A stretch of 64,000 bases of DNA from the NCBI RefSeq assembly GCF_041748495.1, contig NZ_JBGTDD010000058.1, positions 208 through 64,207 of the forward strand. Reading direction: 5' to 3'. The notes beneath the pieces were generated by a model. The model was not told the origin of the DNA, did no database searches, and saw nothing but the letters and a program-made list of their open reading frames with translations. Numbering within the stretch: position 1 is the stretch's first letter; each line of letters opens with the position of its first letter. The translations under genes were made by a program, and so were the position numbers. The DNA comes from Parasphingorhabdus sp. Lineage in GTDB: Bacteria; Pseudomonadota; Alphaproteobacteria; Sphingomonadales; Sphingomonadaceae. Shown piece by piece: positions 1 through 8,739 of this stretch.

Positions 1-1234
1 CCCGGTAACGATAGCCGTTGGCCGCCACCGTTGCGCTCTCCATGTCGATGGCGATGGCACGGGACTGGTTGAGGCGCTTGGCAATCTGTTCGAAGCGCAG
101 CTCCCAGTTGCGGTCGCCGGTGGTGACGACGGTGCCGGTGCGCAATTGCTGCTTGAGCTTTGACTGGTCGATCCCGGTTTCTTCCTGCACCGCCCGGGTC
201 AGCGCCAGCTGCACTTCGGCAATGGTCGGCAACGGGATGCTCGGCGGCAGCACATCGTCGAGCACATTATCGTCGCGCAGATAGGCGTGGGCGAGCACAT
301 AGTCGCCCAGCCTCTGCGTCCGGCGCAGCGCGCCGCAATGGCCGATCATCAGCCAGACATGCGGGCGCAGCACCGCGAGATGGTCGGTGATCGTCTTCGC
401 ATTGCTCGGGCCGACGCCGATATTGACCAGGGTCACGCCGGGCCGACCGTCGCTGCGCACCAGATGATAAGCGGGCATCTGCGGAGGCTTGGCGATCGGC
501 GGAGCGGACGGCTTCCCGTCGCCGGCGGTGATCCGGTTGCCCGGCTCGACCAGCATGCTCGCCTTGCCGGACTTCAGCTCCGCCAGACCATGTTCGACAA
601 ATTCGTCGACATAGCGCTGATAATTGGTGAACAGGATGAACGGCTGAAAATGTTCGGGGTCGGTCGCGCAATAATGGCGGATCCGGTGCAGCGAATAGTC
701 GACCCGCTCGGCCGTGAACAGGGACAGCGCCGACGCTTCCTCGCCCTGGAAAATCTGTCCGCCGTCGACAATCTCGTCATTGGTCTTGACCAGATTGGGC
801 GTGTGAAAATAATGGGGCAGCTTTTCCTTCTTTGCCCGGTCGAGCCCGGCACCCGCATCCTCCAGGGCAAAGGCCAGCGGAATCGGCGTGTCGGAAAGTT
901 CGACATGGATTTTCGCGGTGAAGGTATTCGCGATCCGCTGCAACTGGTCGAGCAGATAGGTGCGGTACAGCTTCGGCTCGGTGATTGTCGTGCGATAGAT
1001 GTTGATATCCGCCAGATGGCCAGACGCCAGATGGCTGGTTTCGGTCGCCTGATCGGCGGGAATTTCGACGCTGATCTGCGGGTAAAGACCCTGCAGGCGG
1101 TCATCCTTGGCCAGTTTGGATTTCGCATAGCGGCGAAAGCGGGCCGCCGTTATTTCAATCTGTTCGGTATAGAGTTTTTCAAGCAGGGCGACCGCTTCGG
1201 CGGGAGTGGCGCATAAGGTGGATTTGGTTGTCAT
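1..1234 (-). CDS. amn: AMP nucleosidase (3' end cut by window edge)
   Basis: Absent from the ORF track because it runs off the window. Manual translation from ATG at 1234 (GGAG about 6 nt upstream) gives MTTKSTLCATPAEAVALLEKLYTEQ...HYCATDPEHFQPFILFTNYQRYVDEF...LVNIGVGPSNAKTITDHLAVLRPHVWLMIGHCGAL...AIDMESATVAANG. The frame is open to position 1. The layout is an AMP nucleosidase N-domain plus a PNP/UDP phosphorylase core. Confidence 0.85.
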   Translation of the reverse strand, partial: MTTKSTLCATPAEAVALLEKLYTEQIEITAARFRRYAKSKLAKDDRLQGLYPQISVEIPADQATETSHLASGHLADINIYRTTITEPKLYRTYLLDQLQRIANTFTAKIHVELSDTPIPLAFALEDAGAGLDRAKKEKLPHYFHTPNLVKTNDEIVDGGQIFQGEEASALSLFTAERVDYSLHRIRHYCATDPEHFQPFILFTNYQRYVDEFVEHGLAELKSGKASMLVEPGNRITAGDGKPSAPPIAKPPQMPAYHLVRSDGRPGVTLVNIGVGPSNAKTITDHLAVLRPHVWLMIGHCGALRRTQRLGDYVLAHAYLRDDNVLDDVLPPSIPLPTIAEVQLALTRAVQEETGIDQSKLKQQLRTGTVVTTGDRNWELRFEQIAKRLNQSRAIAIDMESATVAANGYRYR

Positions 1235-1289
1235 GCAGTCTCCGTTACAGTTTCAATCCTGTAACGGAAAAATATGACAAAGGGAAAAC

Positions 1290-1990
1290 CTATGTACGGG
1301 ACAGTTCCACAAAGCGCGCCGCCGCCTGAAACTCGGCCTGCTTGATATTGCGCGTCATCACCGCCTGATCGTCGCGGCCCCATTGCTGTTCCTGCCAAAG
1401 CTCCTCGAGATTGACCAGCGGCCACAACATATCGGCATCACGAGCCTGCTCAACCAGCGCCAGAGTCGCGATCAGGGAGCCGGACAATCCGACCAGCGCC
1501 AGCATCGCCGCCACGGTGAAATCATCCTGCGCTTCGACCGCCATGGTCAGCCGCTCGATCGTTTCTTCCGGCTGCGCCTCGTATCTGATGCCGTGGATCA
1601 GATTGAAGCTGACATCATAGCGTTGCCGCGCCCAGTCGAGCAACGGATCCCAACGGTCCGCCTGATGGTCGATCAGCGCCTGCTGGCTCTGGTCCGCGCG
1701 ATAATAGAGCATGTCGCTGTCGGCAAAGGCAGCGATGCGACCGACAATCCAGTCGCGCTGGCTCTCGACCTGATCCAGCGCGCCTTGCGCCAGTCCGGTC
1801 AGCGGCATCGTCGCGGGAATGATATCCTCGTCCTGCGCTGCCCATTCCGCGGCAATCGCATCGGCCAAAGCAGATGAAGGCACGGCCAGCCCATTGCGCT
1901 GCGGCGTCTTCACCGGACGTTCGTCAAGCGTGATGGCATAGGCCTCGCCGGCTGGCGCGACCGATACCTGCTTGTAGAAGCGTTTCACGG
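1290..1990 (-). CDS. ATP12 family F1-ATPase assembly chaperone
   Basis: ORF 1290..2081. The conserved part begins at VKRFYKQVSVAPAGEAYAITLDERPVKTP...AIAAEW. GTG at 1990 overlaps the TGA of the upstream gene (GTGA). The N-terminal 31 aa of the long ORF are Arg/Gly-rich junk. Confidence 0.8.
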
Positions 1991-2287
1991 AGCGTCTGTG
2001 CCTTGGGCGGCCTTGGCGATCTCCTCTTCGGCCACGCGGGCGCGAACATATTTGCGGATGATCCAGACCGGCGCGACCCACATTTGCACCAGTCCGAGCA
2101 GGATCAGCACATAGCCCACCGGCGGCGGCATGGGCGGCAGCCGATCCAGCACGATCGCCAGCCCCAGCATCACCAATATGACGCCGAGCAGGCGGATCAT
2201 ACTGACCATGAAATGCACCGCCTTCGCCTGCTTTTCCTTTTCGGGATCCGGCACATATTCGCTCTGTTCGTCGATCGGTTCGGTCAT
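1985..2287 (-). CDS. small membrane protein, two predicted TM helices, function unknown
   Basis: ORF 1985..2287 (100 aa). It has an acidic N-terminus followed by two hydrophobic helices (LLGVILVMLGLAIVL, GYVLILLGLVQMWVAPVWII). It is translationally coupled to both neighbours. Confidence 0.6.
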   Translation of the reverse strand: MTEPIDEQSEYVPDPEKEKQAKAVHFMVSMIRLLGVILVMLGLAIVLDRLPPMPPPVGYVLILLGLVQMWVAPVWIIRKYVRARVAEEEIAKAAQGTDAP

Positions 2288-2940
2288 CGGTTCAATATTC
2301 CATTCAGGTCGGCCATGTTGGCTGCAACAATTTCCGCTCCGGCTTCGATCAGTTCCTGCTCGTCATGATAGCCCCAGTCGACCCCGACGGCGCGCACCCT
2401 GGCATTGACCGCCATCGCCATGTCAAAACTGGTATCGCCGATCATCGCCGTGGTTTCCGGCGTCGCGCCCGCTTCGGCCATCGCCAGTTCGACCATCGCC
2501 GGATGGGGCTTGGACGGATGCCGGTCAGCGGTCTGCAGCGTCACAAAACGATCCGTCAGGCCATGGGTTTCCAGCACATGGCGGAGTCCCCGGTCCGACT
2601 TGCCGGTAGCCACACCCAGGACCCAGCCCGATGCTTCCAGTTCTTCCAGTGCCTGCAGCAGCCCGTCATAAAGCGGCTCATGAAGCCCGCCGTTCTGGCG
2701 CAGCGCAGAGAAGCCATCCTTGTAGGACTGCGTCACCGCGGCGACGGTCGCTTCGTCGCCCTCCGGCAGCAACCGGGTCACCGCCTCGATCAGGCTCAGC
2801 CCGACAATCCGCCGGACCAGATGATGGTTCGGGGGTACCAGGCCGTGTTGTTCAAAGGCCTGATCCATCGAGATACAGATATTGGCCTGGCTATCGACCA
2901 TCGTACCGTCGCAGTCGAACAGGGCGAGCTTGCTGGTCAT
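2284..2940 (-). CDS. HAD-superfamily hydrolase (phosphoglycolate phosphatase-like)
   Basis: ORF 2284..2982. The HAD motif I is LALFDCDGTMVDS, with a GDTSFDMAMA motif near the C-terminus. The start is set at ATG 2940 (MTSKLALFDCDGT). Confidence 0.8.
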   Translation of the reverse strand: MTSKLALFDCDGTMVDSQANICISMDQAFEQHGLVPPNHHLVRRIVGLSLIEAVTRLLPEGDEATVAAVTQSYKDGFSALRQNGGLHEPLYDGLLQALEELEASGWVLGVATGKSDRGLRHVLETHGLTDRFVTLQTADRHPSKPHPAMVELAMAEAGATPETTAMIGDTSFDMAMAVNARVRAVGVDWGYHDEQELIEAGAEIVAANMADLNGILNR

Positions 2941-3069
2941 GGCCTGCCGAACGGCCGCATCAGCGGCACGGTGGCGCAGCAAAGCTTGATCGCCACCTCG
3001 GCCCGCTCGTCGACAAGCTGGCGGTCATTGGCGGCCCAGGGCCACAGGAGGGTGGAATCGGGACGCATG

Positions 3070-4359
3070 TTATTTGGGCTTCTTGTGCAGTGCCTGCTTG
3101 ACCTTGGCCTTGTGCGGCATGTTTTTCTTGTGCGTCGCTTTGCCGGCATTGGGCCGTTCCCGCTTGGTCGGCTTGCCGGCCTTTGCCGGCTTGCCTTCCG
3201 TCTCGCCGCGGCCGCGGCGTTCCCCGCGCTTGTCCTTGCGGATCATCTTGGCGTGCGCCTTGGCCTGCTGCTTGCGCACCATCTTGCCGGCCGGTTTTTT
3301 CTCGTCGAGCGGCAGATCGCCCAGGATCAGGTCGAGGCCGAGATTATCGATCGTTTCGGCAAAATGGGTCGGCAGGTCGGCAGTCACGTCGAGATTGTGG
3401 CCGTCGGGATGCTCGATCCGCAGCCGCCGCGCGTGCAAGTGCATCTTGCGGCTGATCGTGCCGGTCAGAAACGCGTCCTTGCCGCCATATTTGCCGTCGC
3501 CGACGATCGGATGGCCGATTGCTGCCATGTGCACGCGCAACTGATGGGTGCGCCCGGTGTGCGGCTGCAGTTCGACCCAGCAGGCGCGGTTGCCGGCCCG
3601 TTCGATGATCCGGTAGCGCGACTTGGCCGACTGCCCGTTTTCTTCGTCGACATGCATTTTCTCGCCGCCGGAACCCGGCTGTTTCGAAAGCGGCAGGTCG
3701 ATCACGCCGTCGGCGATTTCCGGCACGCCCATGACGATTGCCCAGTAAACCTTGCGGACGTCCCGACCGGAAAAGCGCTTGGAGAAAAAAGCGGCAGCGC
3801 CCGGCGACCGCGCCAGCAGGATCACCCCGCTGGTATCCTTGTCGAGCCGGTGGACCAGCTTGGGCCGAGATTTGGCATCGAAGGTCAGGGCGTCGAGCAG
3901 GCCGTCGAGATGGGTGGTGGTCTTGCTGCCGCCCTGCGTGGCCAGGCCGGGAGGCTTGTTCACGATCAGCGCCGACTTGTCCTTGTGAATCACCAGCTCG
4001 CGGGCAAAATCGATCTGGTCCTGCGACAAATCGCTCTTGGCTTTCGCCACGCGCCCCGGCCGTTCGATTTCCTGCGGTGGTACGCGCAATATCTGACCGG
4101 CGTTTATGCGGTCGCCCGGTGCCACTCTTTTGCCATCCAGCCGCAATTGACCGGTCCGCGCCCAGCGCGAAACGATGTTGAACGGCACATCATCCATATG
4201 CCGCTTGAACCAGCGATCCACACGAATATCATCGTCATCGGCGGATATCGTGAACTGCCGGACATCCAGCGTTTTCAGCGCCTGCTTCTGCTCTTTCGCC
4301 GAACCCTGGGGTTCTTCTTCCTCGGAGCCGCTTTCAGCCGTGGGATCAAAGCCGCTCAT
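3070..4359 (-). CDS. rluC: RluA-family 23S rRNA pseudouridine synthase with S4 domain and Lys-rich C-terminal tail
   Basis: ORF 3070..4449. It has an S4-like N-region (IRVDRWFKRH) and the catalytic motif HRLDKDTSGVILLA. The start is set at ATG 4359, which overlaps the crcB stop (ATGA). The symbol is family-level only. Confidence 0.8.
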   Translation of the reverse strand: MSGFDPTAESGSEEEEPQGSAKEQKQALKTLDVRQFTISADDDDIRVDRWFKRHMDDVPFNIVSRWARTGQLRLDGKRVAPGDRINAGQILRVPPQEIERPGRVAKAKSDLSQDQIDFARELVIHKDKSALIVNKPPGLATQGGSKTTTHLDGLLDALTFDAKSRPKLVHRLDKDTSGVILLARSPGAAAFFSKRFSGRDVRKVYWAIVMGVPEIADGVIDLPLSKQPGSGGEKMHVDEENGQSAKSRYRIIERAGNRACWVELQPHTGRTHQLRVHMAAIGHPIVGDGKYGGKDAFLTGTISRKMHLHARRLRIEHPDGHNLDVTADLPTHFAETIDNLGLDLILGDLPLDEKKPAGKMVRKQQAKAHAKMIRKDKRGERRGRGETEGKPAKAGKPTKRERPNAGKATHKKNMPHKAKVKQALHKKPK

Positions 4360-4733
4360 GCCAGCGCCCTGACCGTCATCAGGCCAGCAAACAGAGCCAG
4401 CACCGAACCGATGACAGAGAGCAGGGCGTAACCGATCGCGGTGCCCCATTCGCTTCGCTCGATCATATTGAGTAGCTCCAGACTGAAGGCCGAAAAAGTT
4501 GTAAAACCGCCCAGCAGACCCACGCCAAGCAGCAGCCGCCAGGGCTCGTCGACAAAATCGCTGCGCGCCAGCACGCCCGCCAGCACGCCCATCAAGAAAC
4601 CGCCAGCCACATTGGCCACCAGGGTCGCATAGGGAAAGCCCATGCCACCCGCTTGAAACAGCCAGCGCCCGAGATGATAGCGGCCAGCAGCGCCAATGGC
4701 ACCGCCTGTCATAACAAGAAGGGTCGCGTTCAT
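4356..4733 (-). CDS. crcB: fluoride efflux channel CrcB/FluC
   Basis: ORF 4356..4733 (125 aa) with four TM helices. Sequences GGAIGAAGRY...GGFTTFSAFS are typical CrcB signatures. Confidence 0.9.
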   Translation of the reverse strand: MNATLLVMTGGAIGAAGRYHLGRWLFQAGGMGFPYATLVANVAGGFLMGVLAGVLARSDFVDEPWRLLLGVGLLGGFTTFSAFSLELLNMIERSEWGTAIGYALLSVIGSVLALFAGLMTVRALA

Positions 4734-4742
4734 GGCCGTCCC

Positions 4743-5006
4743 TTAGTCGGCTTGACGCATTTTTCCAAGCAGATCATTGGTGAGCCACAAGCGGATGGCG
4801 GTGGCAAGGCCCGGCGGCTGCTCCGCCGTGATCCGCTCGACGTCTATCCGGGCGACCAATGCGTTGAGCGGCAGATCCCGATGATCGGCGGCCGCTTTCA
4901 GCAGATCCCAGAACAACGGTTCCAGGGAAATGGACGTTTGATGTCCGGCAATCGTGATGCTGCGCTTCACCGGCGGATGGAAGATATCGGCTTTTCCTAG
5001 ATCCAC
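4743..5006 (-). CDS. ribbon-helix-helix (RHH_4-type) small DNA-binding protein
   Basis: ORF 4743..5006 (87 aa). KRSITIAGHQTSISLEPLFWDLLKAAADHRDLPLNALV matches the short alphaproteobacterial RHH_4 family pattern (TS-x-LE-x2-FW). Confidence 0.65.
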   Translation of the reverse strand: MDLGKADIFHPPVKRSITIAGHQTSISLEPLFWDLLKAAADHRDLPLNALVARIDVERITAEQPPGLATAIRLWLTNDLLGKMRQAD

Positions 5007-6004
5007 CCGGACAATTCCCGCCGTACCAATTGCTCCAGCATATTGATGCTGATGTCACTGTCATTCAGGCAAGGCAGATAGGCGAAATTTTCACCGCCGC
5101 CGGATTCGAACTGTTCCTTGCCTCGAATCGCCAGCTCTTCGCAGGTTTCAAGGCAGTCGCTGGAAAATCCCGGCGCGAAAATCGCGATATTCTTCTTCCC
5201 CTGACCGGGCAGCGCCTCCAATATTTCATCGGTCGGGGGGCCAAGCCATTTTGCTCGGCCAAAGCGCGACTGGAACGCCACGATCAATTCCTTGCCCATT
5301 TTCTCCGACAGCAGTCGAGCGGTTTTCTGGCAATGACAATGATAGGGATCACCCATTTCCAGGGTGCGTTGCGGCATGCCGTGAAAACTGGCGACGATCG
5401 CATCCGGTTCGAAATCCAGTGCGGCAATATCCCGTTCGAGGCTGGTCGCCAGCGCATCAATATAGGCCGGGTCATCATGATAGGCCGGCAGCAGCCGGAT
5501 CGCCGGTTGCCAGCGCATGGCAGCAATCGCGTCAAACACCGCGTCGTGAACGCTGGCCGTTGTCGCACCGCTATATTGCGGGTAAAGCGGCGCGATCAAT
5601 ATCCGGTCACAACCCGCCGCCTTCATCGCATTGAGCCGGGTCCCGATACTGGGATTGCCATAGCGCATCGCCCAGTCAACCATCACGCCATCGATTTTCC
5701 CGGCAAGCCTTTCGGCCTGCTTGTGGGTATAGAAAGCCAGCGGCGAACCATCTTCGGTCCAGACCAGTTGATAGGCTTCAGCGGATTTTGCCGGCCTGGT
5801 ATTGAGAATCACGCCGCGCAAGATCGGCTGCCAGATGATCGACGGAATCTCGACCACCCGCTTGTCCGACAAGAACTGCTTGAGATAGCGTTTGACCGAT
5901 TGCTTGTCCGGTGCATCGGGCGTGCCGAGATTGACCAGCAACAGGCCGATTTTCTTCGCCGCAACCGGCGGATGATCCTTTGGCAATGGCCCCGTTTCAC
6001 GCAT
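4997..6004 (-). CDS. hemH: ferrochelatase
   Basis: ORF 4997..6004 (335 aa). IGLLLVNLGTPDAPD...YPQYSGATTAS...ASFHGMP...SDCLETCEE are classic ferrochelatase blocks. Confidence 0.92.
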   Translation of the reverse strand: MRETGPLPKDHPPVAAKKIGLLLVNLGTPDAPDKQSVKRYLKQFLSDKRVVEIPSIIWQPILRGVILNTRPAKSAEAYQLVWTEDGSPLAFYTHKQAERLAGKIDGVMVDWAMRYGNPSIGTRLNAMKAAGCDRILIAPLYPQYSGATTASVHDAVFDAIAAMRWQPAIRLLPAYHDDPAYIDALATSLERDIAALDFEPDAIVASFHGMPQRTLEMGDPYHCHCQKTARLLSEKMGKELIVAFQSRFGRAKWLGPPTDEILEALPGQGKKNIAIFAPGFSSDCLETCEELAIRGKEQFESGGGENFAYLPCLNDSDISINMLEQLVRRELSGWI

Positions 6005-6006
6005 GA

Positions 6007-8295
6007 TTATGATACTTCCCCGAAAAGTGGCAATTGCCGGAGGCGGATACCGGTTGCCGAGAATAGCGCATTGGCGACCGCCGGGGCGACCGCCGGCACG
6101 CCGAGCTCTTCATAACCCACTGGCTCTTCCTCGCTTCTGATGAATTCGATCTGGATCGGCGGTGTCTCCGCCATTCGCGGCAAGGACAGGTCGCTGAGCC
6201 GCTTCGCTGTTGGCAGCCCGTTCTGAAATTGGGTGGCGCTGCCGAGCGCCATTGCCAGTCCGAATATGATGCCGCCTTCAATCTGCTGCCGGGCGATATC
6301 GGGATGAATGATCCGGCCAATATCGACGGTTGCCGAAATACGGCGCACCGCCAGACCAGCCGGGCCTCTGCTCGCGCTCGCAATGACGGCGATATAGCCG
6401 CCGCGCATGCTGTGACAGGCGATACCCTGGCCGCTGTTATCCAGACCGCCGTCCCATCCGGCCATTGCGGCGACGCCCGAAAGGCACCGGGCCAGTCGCG
6501 GCTGGTTGTTCATCATCTGCATGCGAAAGGACAAGGGTTCTATGCCGGCCTTCGCCGCCAGTTCATCGACGAAGGATTCGAGATAGAATATATTGCTGCT
6601 ATGGGCGTTGCTGCGCCAGTTACCGGTGGGTACGCCCACGAAGGCGCTATGATGGTCGACCGTCAGGTTGGGAATATCATAGGGAATGTCGAGGCCGGCA
6701 ACCGCCTTGCTATCGGCCTCGCCGATCGACGAACGCATCGCCGACACCTTGTCCGAGCCGTCAAACAGCCGCCTGACCTGCTCGCGGGCAGACGGCGGCG
6801 CGGCAATCTTGATCTGCATCGCGGTGACGCGCCCGGCCTTTTCCATGGCGGCATCAAGCCGCGCGTGGCTCGGTGCCCGGTAATGATCCTGCATCAAATC
6901 CTCGGCCCGGGACCAGACCAGCTGGACCGGTCGCCCCATTTGCCGGGCAATAAAAGCGGCCTGACCGGCAATATCGCTGTCGAGATTGCGGTCAAACGAG
7001 CCGCCGCTGAGCATTGGGTAAAGCGTGACCCGGTCCTGCCCGATATTCAACATCTCTGCCGCGGCCCGCACGGCTGCAACCGGTGCCTGCGTCGCCATCC
7101 ACAGCTCCAGCCCGCCAGCCGTATATTGGGCCGTGGCCGTGCGTGTTTCAATCGGCGCATGCAAGGCGGCATCGGCTTGGTATCGGGCCTGAAACAGATT
7201 GTCCGGCGTGAACATCGTCTTGGTGTCGCCGCGCGACAGGAAGCGGATAGCCGGCCCGCCATCCAGTGCCTCTCGCAAGGCCGTGTCGATCTTTTCGCTG
7301 TCAGCCAGAAACCCCCTGGTCTCGAAAACCGGACTCATCTTGTCCAGCGCACGATTGGCAGCCCACCAGTTGGTCGCCACGGCGGCGATCCATTTCCCGC
7401 CATTGACCACATCGATAAAGCCGGTGATCTTGCTGGCACCCTCGCGATTGAAAGACTTCAGGCGGGTGTCGCCAATCGGGCCTTGCCGGATCGAGGCGAA
7501 GACCATGTCCGGCAGCCGGATGTCTCCGGCAAAATTGGCCGAACCATCGAGCTTGCTCGGCAGATCAAGACGCGGGACATCCTGACCGATCAGATTGCCC
7601 GCACCAGCCGGTCGCAACGGCACGGGATCGGGCAGCGACTGGGTTACCGCATCGCGCACCAGTTCGCCGAACCGCAGTTTCTTGTCGCCGTTCAGAACAA
7701 AACCGTTTTCGACCGTGCAGATCTCCCAGGCCACATCCCACCGGGCAGCCGCCGCCTTGGTCAGCAATATGCGCGCTGCCGCTCCGGCCTCACGAAACCC
7801 TGCGGCAAAGGCGGGGATTGACGTGGAATCCGCCGTCAGCATGAACGGTTCGCGGATCATCACATTTTGCGCAACCCAGCGGACTGCACCATTTTCAGCC
7901 AGTTGTTCGGTGTCCGCGAGCATCAGCGCCTCTGCCCATTGCTCGGCTAGCACATCGTTGTTGTACAGCGGATTGATCGGCGCAGGTTCGACCGCGACGG
8001 TGCGCCAGTCCGCGCCCAGTTCATCAGCCAGTATTTGCGGCAGGACGGTATAGACTCCCTGACCCATTTCGCTTTGCGGCACCACCACCGTCACCTGCCC
8101 GGCCTCGGATATCTTCAGAAAGGCGCCGAAAATCTCCTCATTCTCGGTCGCAGCCAGATTGGGCGCATAGGTGCGCGGCCAGAACGCCCAGGCGACCAGG
8201 AGGCCGCCAGCGGCCCCTCCCCCGATCAGAAATTTGCGGCGATTCAATCCGGTGGATGCATTCTCGGCCTGATCGATGTCCGCTTCAGCCGCCAT
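6007..8295 (-). CDS. xanthine dehydrogenase/aldehyde oxidase family molybdopterin-binding subunit (IorB-like), Tat-exported
   Basis: ORF 6007..8295 (762 aa). It carries a twin-arginine signal (NRRKFLIGGGAAGGLLVAWA). Size and sequence are typical of isoquinoline oxidoreductase beta-type subunits. Confidence 0.8.
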   Translation of the reverse strand: MAAEADIDQAENASTGLNRRKFLIGGGAAGGLLVAWAFWPRTYAPNLAATENEEIFGAFLKISEAGQVTVVVPQSEMGQGVYTVLPQILADELGADWRTVAVEPAPINPLYNNDVLAEQWAEALMLADTEQLAENGAVRWVAQNVMIREPFMLTADSTSIPAFAAGFREAGAAARILLTKAAAARWDVAWEICTVENGFVLNGDKKLRFGELVRDAVTQSLPDPVPLRPAGAGNLIGQDVPRLDLPSKLDGSANFAGDIRLPDMVFASIRQGPIGDTRLKSFNREGASKITGFIDVVNGGKWIAAVATNWWAANRALDKMSPVFETRGFLADSEKIDTALREALDGGPAIRFLSRGDTKTMFTPDNLFQARYQADAALHAPIETRTATAQYTAGGLELWMATQAPVAAVRAAAEMLNIGQDRVTLYPMLSGGSFDRNLDSDIAGQAAFIARQMGRPVQLVWSRAEDLMQDHYRAPSHARLDAAMEKAGRVTAMQIKIAAPPSAREQVRRLFDGSDKVSAMRSSIGEADSKAVAGLDIPYDIPNLTVDHHSAFVGVPTGNWRSNAHSSNIFYLESFVDELAAKAGIEPLSFRMQMMNNQPRLARCLSGVAAMAGWDGGLDNSGQGIACHSMRGGYIAVIASASRGPAGLAVRRISATVDIGRIIHPDIARQQIEGGIIFGLAMALGSATQFQNGLPTAKRLSDLSLPRMAETPPIQIEFIRSEEEPVGYEELGVPAVAPAVANALFSATGIRLRQLPLFGEVS

Positions 8296-8722
8296 GGGTC
8301 TTCTTTGGCAGGCCGAGGCGGGGGATTTCGATTTTCGGACAACGGTCCATCACGACCTTCAGCCCCGCGTCTATCGCGCGCCCGGCCGCGTCGTCATTAA
8401 TCACGCCAAGCTGCATCCAGACCGATTTGGCCCCGACCGCTATGGCTTCGTCAACCGCTTCGCCAGCGGCCGCGCTGTTGCGAAAAATATCAACCATATC
8501 GATATCGCCATCGATATCCGCCAGCGATGCCGCCACCGGTACGCCGTGCAATTCTTGACCGGCGAGAAGGGGGTTGACCGGGATCACATCATAGCCCTGT
8601 CCGAGCAGAAAACGGAACACATCGTTGCTGGCCCGCTCGGGCTTGGCCGATGCGCCAACCAGGGCGATCCGCCGTGTCGACGTCAGCAAGGCGGCTATAT
8701 CCTGATCGCTTTCCAGCAGCAT
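8285..8722 (-). CDS. CoA-binding domain protein (YccU-like)
   Basis: ORF 8285..8758. IALVGASAKPERASNDVFRFLLGQGYDVIPVNP is the CoA-binding Rossmann motif. The start is placed at ATG 8722 to avoid overlapping apbC; 8758 is an alternative. Confidence 0.75.
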   Translation of the reverse strand: MLLESDQDIAALLTSTRRIALVGASAKPERASNDVFRFLLGQGYDVIPVNPLLAGQELHGVPVAASLADIDGDIDMVDIFRNSAAAGEAVDEAIAVGAKSVWMQLGVINDDAAGRAIDAGLKVVMDRCPKIEIPRLGLPKKTHGG

Positions 8723-8739
8723 ATCGGTCTTCCTTCCGG

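Noticed and set aside
287-1216. 309-aa + strand ORF and 184-aa minus-strand ORF at the left edge
   Set aside because: The real gene is amn in another minus-strand frame that runs off the window and is therefore missing from the track. The listed ORFs are out-of-frame or antisense artefacts.
2365-4431. 688-aa ORF on the + strand spanning the HAD and pseudouridine synthase region
   Set aside because: It lies antisense to two well-supported genes. The translated sequence is Arg/Gly/His/Pro-rich with no recognisable motifs. It is a typical GC-rich shadow ORF.
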